Positions 31,221 to 44,845 of a stretch of DNA of 64,000 nt are shown piece by piece. The DNA is from Octopus vulgaris (lineage: Eukaryota). The stretch's first letter is position 1; each line of letters starts with the position of its first letter. Location of the stretch: the NCBI GenBank assembly GCA_951406725.2, contig OX597840.1, positions 38,254,001-38,318,000 of the forward strand, given 5' to 3'. Made by a program: the position numbers and the translations under genes. A model generated the notes under the pieces. The model did not search any database. It was given only the letters and a program-made list of their open reading frames with translations, and had not been told where the DNA came from.

Positions 31221-32353
31221 CTACCGCAGAAGAGAACTTATTCCAGGCTAGACGGTAAACGGAACTGAACCCGGAACGCCTAAATATCGGAATTCAATTT
31301 CTCTCACAATATTCGTCATATATCGCTGGTGTAAAAATAATCACATCATTACACAATGTTATATTTTGACAGCCAGTCTGTAATTAATCCATCTTTACAT
31401 CTTTTTCCTTCCTCTCCCCCTCTCTCCAAATATGGAAATGCACTGCCACACTATTATGTATGGACATGTTTCAAGCCTGCTTTCATTTCTCACTTTCTGT
31501 TTCTCCTTTCAGTTTTTCGCGTTGTTTAGTGTGTGTTATAATATTTTGACAACATTAATTATGTGTCGCACATATTCCATAAATTACTCATATCACACGG
31601 CTCAAACTCAATAGCAACCGACATTATATTTGAAGAATTTCAAATTGTGAATGAAAATTCGAATAACAATCATAGAAATATAGAACAATGGATATTGAAG
31701 AAAACAAGAATAATTGTTGTATTGCCAGCGCCGTAATTCTTCTTAACATAAATATTTAATTACATTGGAATTCAAAAGCTACAATAATTAGATATTCACG
31801 AATACATAACATCGAAGAGTTATAAAATGGAATGCGTAATATCTAGACATGATATGAGCGATATTTATATAATATTCCAGTGATGTCTTGGATTGATTTG
31901 TGTGAACCAAATAATAAAGAAAGGAAAATAAAACAACATCCACAAGAAAACAGGAAAACAAGGAAATATAAAAGAATATAATCCAAAAATATTTACTACA
32001 ATAACAACATTGTATGTATTGTTAGGAAAACAGAGAAATGATATGAAAATATATAAAACTTGTTGACAATGAGTATTGGATACAAGATGGAGTTTGGTGA
32101 GCGAATGGCGAAGGCGCGGCGGTCGAATAATGTTCGGCGAATGAGCATCTAATGATAAATGGGCTAAAACCTCTCCCCGCTCCCCTGGTCCCCTTAAATA
32201 TACACAAACACATACATACATACATACATACACACACATATATTTATATGTACACACATACAGATAAGATTAAGCATACTCATATATATGTATTTATGTA
32301 TATATGAATTTATATATAATATATGTAAATATATATATATATACATATATATA

Positions 32354-32393
<40 letters not shown>

Positions 32394-32424
32394 TATATAT
32401 ATACACATATATATAAATATGTAC

Positions 32425-32471
<47 letters not shown>

Positions 32472-32481
32472 CACAGACATA

Positions 32482-32518
<37 letters not shown>

Positions 32519-33937
32519 GTTATATATACACACATATATATGTATGTATGTTTATATACACACATATATATGTATGTATGTATATGTATGTAGTTGATTT
32601 ATTTATATACGTGTATATGTCAATATTTTAGCTTGCATTTCAGAATGAAATAATAATACGAATTCTAACCGAATGGAAGAAAGATTCTTCATAACCCATA
32701 AAAGAAATTCTAATTGATATACAGATGAAAGACAAACTCAAATCAATACACACACGCACACACACACAAACACACATGTACACACACACACATACATACT
32801 CAAAATATATATATATACATATATTGTTATATGCTCTGTAATTTTCCCTTTGATACCACATCTTGCTAGGACATACAAGATTCTTGCATTCCTGCAGGGA
32901 TAAGAAGAATATAAGAAACGAATTGATGTAGTTCTGTGATTCTATCTTTAAGAAGATAATTTTATCCTCGGTTCCTGCAAGATATTTGACAATATACATT
33001 ACATTATATTGTGTTGTATTATGCGATATTATATTGCATCATGTGAAGTTATGTTATGCTATTTCAAACAATAATATTGATTTTTAAGTCGTTATATAGT
33101 GTAACATATTTACATGATGGAAACATTGTTGTATGCAATGCAATGGGCTGATCCATTGTGTTATGGGTATTTATATTCTGTAAACATAGCTTGATGGATG
33201 GAAGAGAGAGATGGGCCAGGAAGGATTTGAAATTAAAATGCATCGGTTATTTTCTTTTTTCTTTTTTTGTTTTGGTTTGTTTACTTGTTTCAGTCATTGG
33301 GTTGTCGTCATAGTGGGACACACCGCTTTCAGACCCAATTATTAATTTTGATACATCTGGGACTTATTCTATCGGTTCTTTTCGCGGAATAGCTAAGTTA
33401 CGGGGGCGCAAACAAACCCTCACCTTATAACAAATGGTGCGGCAGTGAAACAGACATCAATGCACATATATACACATAATTCTATGCAACGAGTTAACGC
33501 AAATTTTCCATCGACCAAATTCACTCCCGAGCAATTGCGCGGCCCTTAGTGCCGCGCTGTGACACTGAACCCCAAATTGCGTACTTTCAATACTAGCTTG
33601 TTAATCGAACATTCTATACCTTGATTTTATTGTGGAATATATCAACTATGAGTGAATAGACCTATAGAAATACGCACATCAGCCGTAGCACTACCGTTTG
33701 TATCTAATTGACGGGATTCTGTCATTCTAGATCGCATAATGTTATTGGTGTAGAATGTGCGTATAGAAGTTTAACAACATTCAATGTAGGCAGAGATAAT
33801 AAAAACTGAATGGTTCTAAGTCAGCAGATAGCATGAGTAATAGCAGCAGTTATGGTAGTAGTAATGGTAGTAGTAATGGTAGTAATAAAGGTAGTAGTAG
33901 TAGTAGTAGTAGTAGTTGTTGTTGTTGTTGTAGTAGT

Positions 33938-33968
<31 letters not shown>

Positions 33969-33971
33969 ATG

Positions 33972-34029
<58 letters not shown>

Positions 34030-34469
34030 CAGTAGTAGTAAGAGGAGGAGGAGGAGAAGGCGTAACAGCGCGACCCCGCAGTTACCATTTGTTGGTGACT
34101 CTCTACCTTCTCCAGATGACCCGCGTATATCTGCCAGCTCGCCGCCTTTTGACGGGTATTTCTATCGTACTCGGCAAGGGAATAAATTGTGAAGCATATT
34201 TATTCATTAATCACACTTTCGCTGGCCCTCCGTCGTTTACGACGACGAGTATTTCAGTTGATCCGATCAACAGAACAGACTGCTCGAAAAATTAACGTGC
34301 AAGTGGTTGAGTAGACCATAGACACACGTATCTTTAACGTACTTCACAAGGTGGTTCAGCGTGACACATTGTGTGACAAGATGGGCCTTTTCTATCACAG
34401 GTACATATCATATATGCTAGCTGAGTGTTCTGAAGCAAAGTGAAATAAAGTGTCTTGCTCAAGGACGAA

Positions 34470-34643
34470 CCTTGAGGGAGAGAGGAAGAGGCCGACCAAG
34501 AACCCTCTGGCTTGACAACATCAATAGTGATAACGGAATGGACAGGGCCATTCTGAAGGAAGCGGCCCAGGATAGAACTGGCTGGAGGACACTGATCCAA
34601 CGAGTGACCGAGAGCCGACTTCGACTGAGCGGATAGATAGATG

Positions 34644-34732
<89 letters not shown>

Positions 34733-34944
34733 ATTGAGAAGTTTCTTTATTGGTCACACAGGGATGCACACAGATGGGACAAATTACAAGGTAGAGCTTT
34801 TCTTTTGGGGAATGAAAAAAAAAACAAAAGACAAAAACAAAAGAAACAACAAAAAGTGGCGTAGGTTTTCGATCAAAAGGGATCGTAAAAGGGGAAAAAG
34901 TAAAAATAAGAAAGGAAAGAAATGGAGACAGATATAGATAGATA
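34470..34944 (+). mobile_element. 5'-truncated RTE-clade LINE 3' end with (GATA)n tail and 13-bp TSD
   Basis: GRGRPRTLWLDNI...LKEAAQDRTGWRTLIQRVTESRLRLSG* is a typical RTE/BovB-like C-terminus; TSD visible. Confidence 0.8.
34731..34928 (-). mobile_element. 3' UTR fragment of a second Tx1-like LINE nested in (GATA)n
   Basis: Minus strand ends CCTTGTAATTTGTCCCATCTGTGTG...AATAAAGAAAC, resembling the 3' end of the 44.6-60.5-kb elements. Confidence 0.5.
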
Positions 34945-35733
34945 GCTCAAGGACGAAAACGCACTCCCGGGAACCAAACTAACTGCATTACAACTGGCAG
35001 TCGAATACTCTAACCATGACACCACACACCTCCACTAATTACGGTAAGTAATCAAATACCCATGATGATACACCCTCGGATTTTACCGTATACAGCCTCA
35101 AGCTTCATCTAATTTTCAACTTCGGTTTTAAACCAAGTGAGAGTAATTCGTGGAAGATTTCGCTGCTATGTTTAGCTGGCCACGAGTCTACTTAGAAGCA
35201 CTTTGTTGACTCCATGAAATATAATAATTACTCTCGGTGACATAATGCATATGACAAGTATTTTATTACATCTTTCACACGTGTACATTTATTTGATAAA
35301 TGAAATACCATTACACGTTAACATTGTAACTTATGGAATGGGGTGGGGGTGGGGTGGAAAGATCTGTTCGATAGGAGTTCTCTCTCTTTATTTTATTATT
35401 ATTATTTCTTTTATTTTGGTTTTTTCAACATATATAGATAACGTCAGTTTCATTATTTCTCGAATCCTTCGCTGAGTTCAAATACATGCACGTATTATAC
35501 AATCGCGTCAACGTACATATACACACTTGTTTCTATCTGCACCCACACCCACACACACACACACATGCAGTTATATTCGCACACAGTAAGTGAGACACGG
35601 GGTACATGTATGTATACGCATACACACGTGTGTGAATTTTATCGCTGTGAGAAGTTAACACACGCTTACATATTCCATATTTAAAATATACTCATGCCCG
35701 AGTACACACAGACACATGTACTCACAGAGGCAA

Positions 35734-35818
<85 letters not shown>

Positions 35819-35827
35819 CATACATAT

Positions 35828-35888
<61 letters not shown>

Positions 35889-37272
35889 CGCACATACATA
35901 TATATATATATATATACGTGCTTGCAAAAACACACATGTGTGTGTGTGTGTGTGTGTATTTATATTTCCGTATATCATTATATGTATACGTAAACATCTA
36001 CATACTTACGTGTATATGTATATACAACTTTGTAGGCATGCGCGTGTGTGTGCGTGTGTGTATGTGAGGTGTGCGTAAATCTTACCCTATTGTAATGATA
36101 CTGTTGGAATCATATTTAAAGCAGTAGTCAATATTATTATCTACAGAGAATATCAATCTCCGACTACCTCGAACTTTTTAGCCTTTTCATATTTCTGTAA
36201 TGGGTTTTGAATAAACATCTAACGATTATTCCTTTAAAATTTCTAAAATGGTTTAGTGAGATTAAGAGAATCAAAGCGTTTTTGACTTATCTATATTTTA
36301 TTCTAGCAAAGCATATATATATAAACCGAAAATCAACAAAGAACATGAAATCCTTCAGCTGCCCCCGTACTTGATTTATCATTTTAATGTTTGAAGTTTT
36401 TCGCAACAAACAGATTAAATTTCTCTCTGCAGAATATTAAAAACTAGATGAAAGCCTAAGTCCGTCTGATGAACAAGAATTAAGAGATAGAAACGCAAAA
36501 GTAATAATAAACAATGAAAAGCAGAACTTAGGGTGGGATATAAATAACTAATGTATTAGATTCATTACTTCTCCGATAAAAACAATATAGCAAAATTAAA
36601 CCTGACTTAGAATAAATATCCCGAAGCTGTGATTATTTGCAGAGACCGAGTTAATAACTTTGTTAGATTGACAAACTCCGTAGTCAAACGTCGGAGTTTC
36701 GTATCGTGTTAAAGTCGCTACATTTTTATTATGTTTTTCAATGAGTTTATTTCGATAGACGAGAAAAATCTACCAGTGATACAAAGGGGAACTGTAAATG
36801 GCCATTTTAGATAATTAAAGAATTGGTGTTTGATTAATTCCTTGAGGCTAAAACTTGGTATGTATACATAGTTCCTGATTCGTGGCGGTGTAGATTATAG
36901 AATACATGGGGGGACAAAAATGTCACTCTCAAAATACGTTCAACATGCTCCGGAATTGTTGAAGATATATTTAATTTTTTTCTAAAATTGAATAACATAA
37001 ATAAAATAGTGATAAATACACACGTAACTGTATAGTGAATAATAATCCATTCTGCTATAGGCACAAGGCCCGGATTAGGTGGGGAGGAGGTTGGTCGATT
37101 AGATCGACACCAGTGTTTAAGTAGTAAGTAATTTGTCGATCCCGAAGGATGGAAGATTGTACATGAATAATAATAGTAGTAGTAGTAGTAGTAGTTGTTG
37201 TAATAGTAGCAGTAGTAGTAGTAGTAGTAGTAGGAGGAGTAGTAGTAGTAGTAATTGTAGAAGAACTATAAA

Positions 37273-37560
37273 TTGCTTGATGAGAACGATATATTACCGC
37301 CGGAACAAAAAGGCTGTAGAAGGAGATGCAGAGGTACCAAAGATCAACGGTTGATAGACAAAATGGTAATTCAAGATAATAAACGAAGGAGAACAAATCT
37401 GGGAATGGCCTGGATTGACTATCGCAAAGCGCATTACATGATTCCTCGTTCGTGGATCCTTGAGTGCTTAGATCTCTTCGGAATTGCAAGGAATGTAAAG
37501 TGTTTTCTGAAGAGAAGAATGGTGGGATGCAAAACTGAACTGACATCTTACGGGAAAATA
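37273..37560 (+). pseudogene. R4/Dong-clade RT fragment
   Basis: [26 protein letters not shown]...[23 protein letters not shown]; next to (AAT)/(AGT)n and inside family B SINE pieces. Confidence 0.8.
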
Positions 37561-38772
37561 TAGCATGGGTACCCTGGGGAACAGAAAAGATGAAAGGCAA
37601 AGACGACCATGGCGAAACTTGAACTCATAACGTAGCTACGCATTTCGTCCGGCGCATTAACGATTCTGCCAGCTCACCACCTTAATAATATTGGTAATGA
37701 TTATTATAACGTTGATGCAATATAATAAATAAAATGCCAAAGGTTGTGGTACCTGACTTCTGGCCTACTGCGATGTTATTTCCGACTCCCTTTGTAGATT
37801 AAGCCGCCGTTTAAATATTCATAAGTTTCGCAATTCCGTTCTCGTCTAAATTCCCTATACAACCATCAAGGAACGAAGCAGCGGGATTCATATATCTCAC
37901 CTGTGATATAAAGTATGCGGTTTATTTTGAGTATTACATTTGCTCTGTCCTCGTCAAGTGACCAAACATATCTTTTATAATCTGCTTTGTATTTGTACAC
38001 AACGCCATTTTCTAAAACAGAGTTTGTCTTCATTTTGTGGTTCCACAAATATTATCAGATCAGAGGTATTTTAATTTGGTTACTGTTTGTAGCCTTAGGT
38101 CCTGCTCTTATCGTTTTGATCTATCGGTTCCCAATATGTTTAACCATATTTGTTACTGTACTTTTCTTCCTCCCCCCCCCATTTCTCTCTCTCTCTTCTA
38201 GATTGTTCTAGCTACCGCACGATTCTTCATGAGCAGATAATATCTAGTAAACGTTCTATCCCTATTGGCGATTATGTGGTTTCTGTTTACTGTTTTGTCT
38301 TGTACAAACCACTTGTTTTCATCTTGCGTTTACTGGCTTTTATGTAGAATATATTTAGTGCACATATCTCGCTCCTGTATTCTATAGAGCTAAAGTTCAA
38401 GGTGAGATATAAACTTATCAATATTCCATTGTTCTTATATTTACTTATTCCAATGTCACGATTTAAGTGTTCTTTATTCCCTGTATGATCCGTGTTTTTA
38501 TTTTCAATTACCCGTTTGCATTTTTGTCAGTGAATTTGTGTATTTATCGATCTTTTGGATTGTGAATTGTTCACGGTAATTTTCAAATGATTTTCAGTGA
38601 GCGATGTGTATTTCATGTATCTCAATAAATTCTTTAATTATTTTAATCAAGTCTTTAATCAGAGAATTTCATCTGTTGATGCTGTTTCTTCTGTGTAAAA
38701 TTCAAGTTTCATACGACACTAATGGATTTAAATACACACGCACCCTCATAAAAAGCGAGGTATAATTTGTTG

Positions 38773-38978
38773 GCAGGTGTGTCTGTGTGGTAAGAATCTT
38801 GCTTTCCAACCACATGGTTCCGGGTTCAATCCAACTAAATGGCACGTTGGATAAGTGTCATGAAGAAAGGCCTCGGGCCGACCAAAGAATTGGGATTGGA
38901 TTTGGAGGACGGAAACTGAAAGAAACCAGACGTATACATACATACACACGAGCAAACATATACACATACATAAATATG

Positions 38979-39050
<72 letters not shown>

Positions 39051-39155
39051 CCTAATTATGTATGTATATTTGTGTCTGTGTTGGTCCGCACCCAACATCG
39101 CTTCGCAACAAATGTTGGCATATTTACCTCCCCGCAACTTAGAGGTTCGGCAAAA
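38773..39155 (+). mobile_element. SINE family A copy
   Basis: GTGTGGTAAGAATCTTGCTTTCCAACCACATGGTTCCGGGTTCAATCC tRNA-like head (A/B boxes), internal microsatellite, family A body. Confidence 0.85.
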
Positions 39156-39541
39156 TAGAGCGATAATGTTCTTGCCTTGCCTTGAGCCAGTATCTGCTTG
39201 TAGAGTCATCACGTTATAGAATGTGTATTGAATATTGAAACCTAGTGCAGCGCTTCTTACTGTAGGTCTCCACCCAGTCGATTTCTTCCAGAGAGCAATA
39301 CTCACACCCTACACGCAGGCACATACACACGGAAGCGCCTCATGCCGACCAAAGAGACGAAATATATAGAAAAGTAAGATAGAAAACTAATATGCGGGTG
39401 TATACGCATATTTGAGGAGTTATTGCTTCTTTCTGCAATAACCACCCATGAGCACAGTGATTAAACAACCACTAAGTTTATATATAACGATATTGAATAG
39501 ACCATATATTTCTATATATTTTTTTAGCATAATATGCTTCT

Positions 39542-40140
39542 TATTTCTTTATTGCACACAAGGGGCTAAACATAGAGGGGACAAACAAGGACAGACAAAC
39601 TGATTAAGTTGATTATATCGACCCCAGTGCGTAACTGGTACTTATTTAATCGACTCCAAAAGGATGAAAGGCAAAGTCGACCTCGGCGGAATTTGAACTC
39701 AGAACGTAGCGGCAGAAGAAATACCTATTTCTTTACTACTCAAAAGGGGCTACACACAGAGAGGACAAACAATGACAGACAAACGGATTAAGTCGATTAC
39801 ATCGACCCCAGTGCGTAATTGGTACTTAATTTATCGAACCCGGAAGGATGAAAGGCTAAGTTGACCTCGGCGGAACTTGAACTCAGAACGTAGCGGCAGA
39901 CGAAATATCTATTTCTTTACTACCCACAAGGGGCTCAACACAGAGGGGACAAACAAGGACAGCCAAACAGATTAGGTCGATTATATTGACACCAGTGCGT
40001 AACTGGTACTTAATTTGTCGAGCCCGAAAGGATGAATGGCAAAGTCGACCTCGGCGGAATTTGAACTCAGAACGTCACGGCAGACGAAATACGGCTACGC
40101 ATTTCGCCCGGCGTGCTAACGTTTCTGCCAGCTCGTCGTC
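39542..40140 (-). mobile_element. SINE family B: one head plus three tandem ~184-bp body/tail units
   Basis: TATTTCTTTA starts at 39542, 39726 and 39910; single head at ~40092-40140. Confidence 0.88.
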
Positions 40141-42459
40141 TTGCTCTGAGACATATATATCATGAAAGGCCTGATTATGGATGATCTAAGGCATCACCGA
40201 AAATAGATAAATGAACAGCAATGTCAAACATACGTATTGAGTACCGCACTATCTTCAGAAAGTATTCTCAGTCAGAATCTATTTTTGTTTCATAAATGCC
40301 ATTCAAAATATGAATGGTCCAACGTGAAGACCTAAAGAAGCTGATTCTGCTTTCTTTCGCTGCAGTGCATCGTCTTTGCAACATCGTATTAAATTTATTA
40401 AGTCACAATTGAAATGAGGCCCAAGGGGGATAAAAACACTGCACGGTCACAGCTCCAACCTCTTTGATCATAAGCGTGTTCGAATTGTGATATGAAGTTA
40501 ATCAACAAAAAAAAAAGATACACATCTTTGAGAATGTATCATTCTATGTCCGAACATTTCTAAAAGCCGGCAGATCGCCAGACGAACGGCAATTTCATGA
40601 TGATACCCATTAAAATAAAGACACTTTAGAGACTCCGGTTAATATTTCAAATGTTTTAACCTAATATACCTAAGAAATAAGTATTTTACAAAACCCAAGA
40701 ATGCAATAAAATTTATTTGCCTAAGTCCACCACTTCAACGGCATCAATTTGTGTAACCAAATTTTCGGTTGTTTGCTTACCTTTTTTTATTTCTTTAGTT
40801 TTAGAACTATTGCAATTAATGGGATTTCTTTCCATCAATAATAAACAGAAGAGCGAAAAGTCTACAGTAGTCGATCAGTTGAAGACACATAAAGACGAAC
40901 GGCTAAGTGTTATAGCATTAGTGAGTATGACAAAGATTTGCAATATAAAAGCTGCAATAGTTTATGAGAGACAAGAGAGAAATTTTGCCAAACATGATTA
41001 TAGTATTTGAAGTCAAATTGGGAATGAAGAAATAATAGCGTAAGAAAGACTACACTGAAGCTAACAGGAGAACAATTTCTTGGCCATTTTAGTTTTTCCT
41101 TTTGCGGAGGGAAAGAAAATGGCGGTAAAGTGTGAAGACAACTATCATCTAATATGTCAATGGCTTCAGCGTTCTTCCTACAACGTAAGAAATCAAATAC
41201 ATTCGTACACGTCTGAGAATAATAGAGGAAGTGAGTTGCAATTAGAAAGTGGCTGCTTAAATCCGTGTAAATCAGTGTCAAATGCCTTTCGTTTATTTTC
41301 GATGTAAAACGATATTCAGAAATTCCAGTGAAATTTACTTATCGAATTTCGTTGGCTCATATAATATGGTTTTATTGAAAAACCCAATAGGCATGATTCA
41401 ACAAATGATTCTTCGGATAGCTTGTCTCATATAATCACGAAGTCTGGTGTTAATAGCAGTATTTTGTAGTGACCAAATCCTTGAACTGTTCTTCAAGATA
41501 GAATTTTCTAGAAGAATTCATGTTGTTTATCCCCAAGTAGAGCTTGACTCAGTACACTACGGTCAAATGCAAGTCCGAACATATGATAGCAATTCCGAAA
41601 CTTCAAGAAAACATGAACTATTTTATTTTTAACTGTAGAACATGGAGTAGTTCGGATTATAAATAATAGTTTTATCTGCTTCGAGGTCCACAGCTACAAA
41701 AATCAGTTTTTAGTTTATTTTTTGTTAATGCAAAATACCAAGTTGTTTGTGGAAGTATTCTTCGTTGCAAGATTCCACACTTTGGTTTTGATATTAAATT
41801 CTTCCTTTTCAGTTAAATTCTTCTTTTCTTTTAACCAATCTCGTAGACCCTTTTCTCCTTCAAGTGCTACATCATAAACTGCATTTCAGGGTTTGGCTTT
41901 CTTCTTGAAAGCTGTATGAGTCTTATTTCAAGAATGTATGTGGATATAAATCAATAAAAAGAGTAAGGACTCTTCGGGTTTCTCCTAACCGTACATAAGA
42001 AGATCAATATGTACAGAGAGTGACAGTATAAACTAACGAGTGTCCGATTGAATTGCATTGCTGAAACTTGCAAAGTTTATGCGAAACACTGCTTTAAAAG
42101 AAACAGTCAGAGTGTGGGCGAGTACATTGGATCGCTCCAAAGATGTGCTGAGTTAATGTAGAACTGGAGTTAAACAACAATAACATCAATATTGTATCTT
42201 TTGTCTCCTCTTTTGTTTTTCACTTCTTTCAATCATTGGATGGCAGCCATTCTGGGGAACCGGCTTGATAGTATCACACAAACAAATCCACCACACTACA
42301 TACGTTTGGTAATTATTTCATTCCACTTCATTGTTTGGCTGAACCGATAATTCAGGAAAGATAAACTGACGATCATCGTTTGTTGAGAGGTGGTTGGGTC
42401 AAACACACCTAGCCACACACACACTCACACACATGAGGACACACGTGCAAACATTTTTG

Positions 42460-42741
42460 CTCCTTCTCGAGCAATGCCTGGTTCATAGGAGCCGGTTTTC
42501 CGCATTCCTTGGCGTATAGGTTCCCCACCTGGACGGGACGCCGGTCCGTCTCAGGTGAGCTGGAAGATGCAGGAGGAAAGAGTGAGAGATAGTTGTGGCG
42601 AAAGAGTCAGCAGAAGTTTCGCCATTACCTTCTGCCAGAGCCACATGGAGCTTAGGTAATTCTCTCATAAACACACACATCACCCGGTCTGAGATTCGAA
42701 CCCGCGAGTCCACTGCTCTAACCACTAGGCCATATGCCTCC
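42460..42741 (-). mobile_element. tRNA-derived SINE (fourth family)
   Basis: Minus strand GAGGCATATGGCCTAGTGGTTAGAGC (A box)...GGGTTCGAATCTC (B box), body with CGTCCCGTCCAGG. Confidence 0.75.
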
Positions 42742-43574
42742 ACACACGGACAAACATGAACACACACGTATCTACATCTATATATATGACGGGATTCCAC
42801 ATATCCTCCATCTACCACAGTTTCTCACAGAACACTGATCGACAATTAACAAAAAAAAAAAAAATTGGTCCAAGGTATAGTTGTGCTGAACTTTTAACCA
42901 TGTGGTTTCCAAGTGATATCCTTCCCCACATAACCCTCATAGCCATTCTAGCATCTATAATTCTGATGTAACCGTAGACATATTACATTCTAATACAAAC
43001 ACCCATCGCTAGAGCTTACCGTCTATTTCTTATTTATGGTTAATTTTACATGGACTGACACGAAGATAAACAAACCAAAAAAATAGAAGATAAAAAAAGC
43101 ATCAAAACCAAAGTTTTAATGTGTACGTATTTGTCAACTTTAAAATGACATGTAGTTAAAGAATACTTGAAAAATACTAATTGCTAATTACTATAATTAG
43201 CAAGAATATAATCTAATTTACAGTTTATAGACCGTCAGTTATTTTAGTTAAGAATTTAATTAGATGAGAAAACAGTGAACGAAAACGGATTAGCAAAGCA
43301 AGGAAAACAAAATCAACATTTAATTATTTTATCAGTTTCAATAATTAGTCTGGTGCATATTTTTTTTTTCTTTTCATGATAAATATTTCCCCAAAACGAA
43401 CGAGATAAACATCGGTGCCTTCACTCAGTACTTATCACCTAGAAATGATATCAGTTTTTCAGTTCAACTCGTGATGACATAAATACATATATGTCTATAT
43501 GTATAACTATCTATCTATCTATCAATCTATCTATCTATCTATGTGTCTGTCTGTTTGACTATCTATCTAAATAT

Positions 43575-43746
43575 CTATCTATCCATTTATCTTATCTATC
43601 TATCTATATATCTATCTATCCATTTATCTTATCTATCTATCTATATATCTATCTATCCATTTATCTTATCTATCTATCTATATATCTATCTATCCATTTA
43701 TCTTATCTATCTATCTATATATCTATCTATCCATTTATCTTATCTA

Positions 43747-43755
<9 letters not shown>
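43575..43755. repeat. 37-bp minisatellite x5 derived from (ATCT)n
   Basis: CCATTT at 43583, 43620, 43657, 43694 and 43731. Confidence 0.85.
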
Positions 43756-43795
<40 letters not shown>

Positions 43796-43942
43796 AAATA
43801 GAAAGATGAATTTTCTTGTTACAGATTATTCAAAAGTTTAACCGATACATGGGTAGCAAAAATCACAGCAGAAGAAACATGTGTAGAATGTAATAAAAGG
43901 AATTCTGTACAATCTTCGTTCCACTCCATTTCTTCCATTCAC

Positions 43943-44009
<67 letters not shown>

Positions 44010-44594
44010 TAGCATTAAAGACCCGTCGTTGCCGGGTCGTAGTGATAGTGCATGTATATATGTGTACATATTACATGTACATCTATGTATATACATCTAC
44101 ACATAAAATACAAAATACAAAGTTATATCTTGATATCGCTTGTGATAACAATACTCAAAATATATAACAGGCTGGAATTGTAGGCCCGTCTCTTGTAATT
44201 TCGATCAATTGGATCTTGTCCTCCCTCTTGTATAGAAGTGTGGCTACAATCCGACGGCTGCACCGAAATTCATTTTGGGACTTTCTTCTATCGAAGACAT
44301 TTTAACAAAAATACATCCGTGTAAACGGTGAAAATATTGTCAATTTCCCCAAACAGGGACACAATTCAATTTTTAAACAATAACCAAAGCTCCTTCTCCA
44401 ATAGGGGTGGGGGTGGGGGGTTACGGTTTACAATTATTTAACAAATGCAACACAACAACGCTTCCCTTACGAGGAACCAACAAACGTGACAACAATAGTT
44501 AAACAGAAATAATAATAACAACAAACCTTACGGTAAACCAAAAAGCAGTACTCTGTTGAAGCTATAGGCCTTTATGGATCAGAAATAAACTAAC

Positions 44595-44610
44595 AGCGGT
44601 ACTCAGTAGA
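44595..44610. repeat. Target site / TSD AGCGGTACTCAGTAGA (also 49886-49901, 55191-55205, 60466-60481)
   Basis: Exact 16-mer at both array ends and junction 1; 15-mer preceded by a 12-bp variant duplicate at junction 2. Confidence 0.92.
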
Positions 44611-44845
44611 TATTTCTTTATTAAGATTATGAAAATCGATACACAGAAGGACAAATACAGGACATACATACAAAAACATTTAAGAGATTCGATTAAAAAT
44701 TATGTTTAAATTCGTTATAAAATAATAACCTTTGCATAACTAGTATAGCAAACAACAGTAGGTGAACTTGTAGTCTCACTGGAGCTTTTACACCCCGGCA
44801 ATTTATGAGGCCCTGCAGCTTCCACTTCCTCTCTCTTCTCCATGG

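Larger units (their letters stand above)
34220..35030 (-). mobile_element. SINE (third family) split by an RTE insertion
   Basis: AAAGTGTCTTGCTCAAGGAC resumes after the 13-bp duplication GCTCAAGGACGAA (34457-34469 / 34945-34957). Confidence 0.65.

Noticed and set aside
40238-40247. TGAGTACCGC, a 10-bp match to the LINE target
   Set aside because: Short, no Helitron context and no insertion; compatible with chance.
44540-44610. Target as part of an snRNA, tRNA or rRNA gene, as for other Tx1 families
   Set aside because: I recognise no such gene in the rebuilt empty site; an Rfam search would be needed to exclude it fully.
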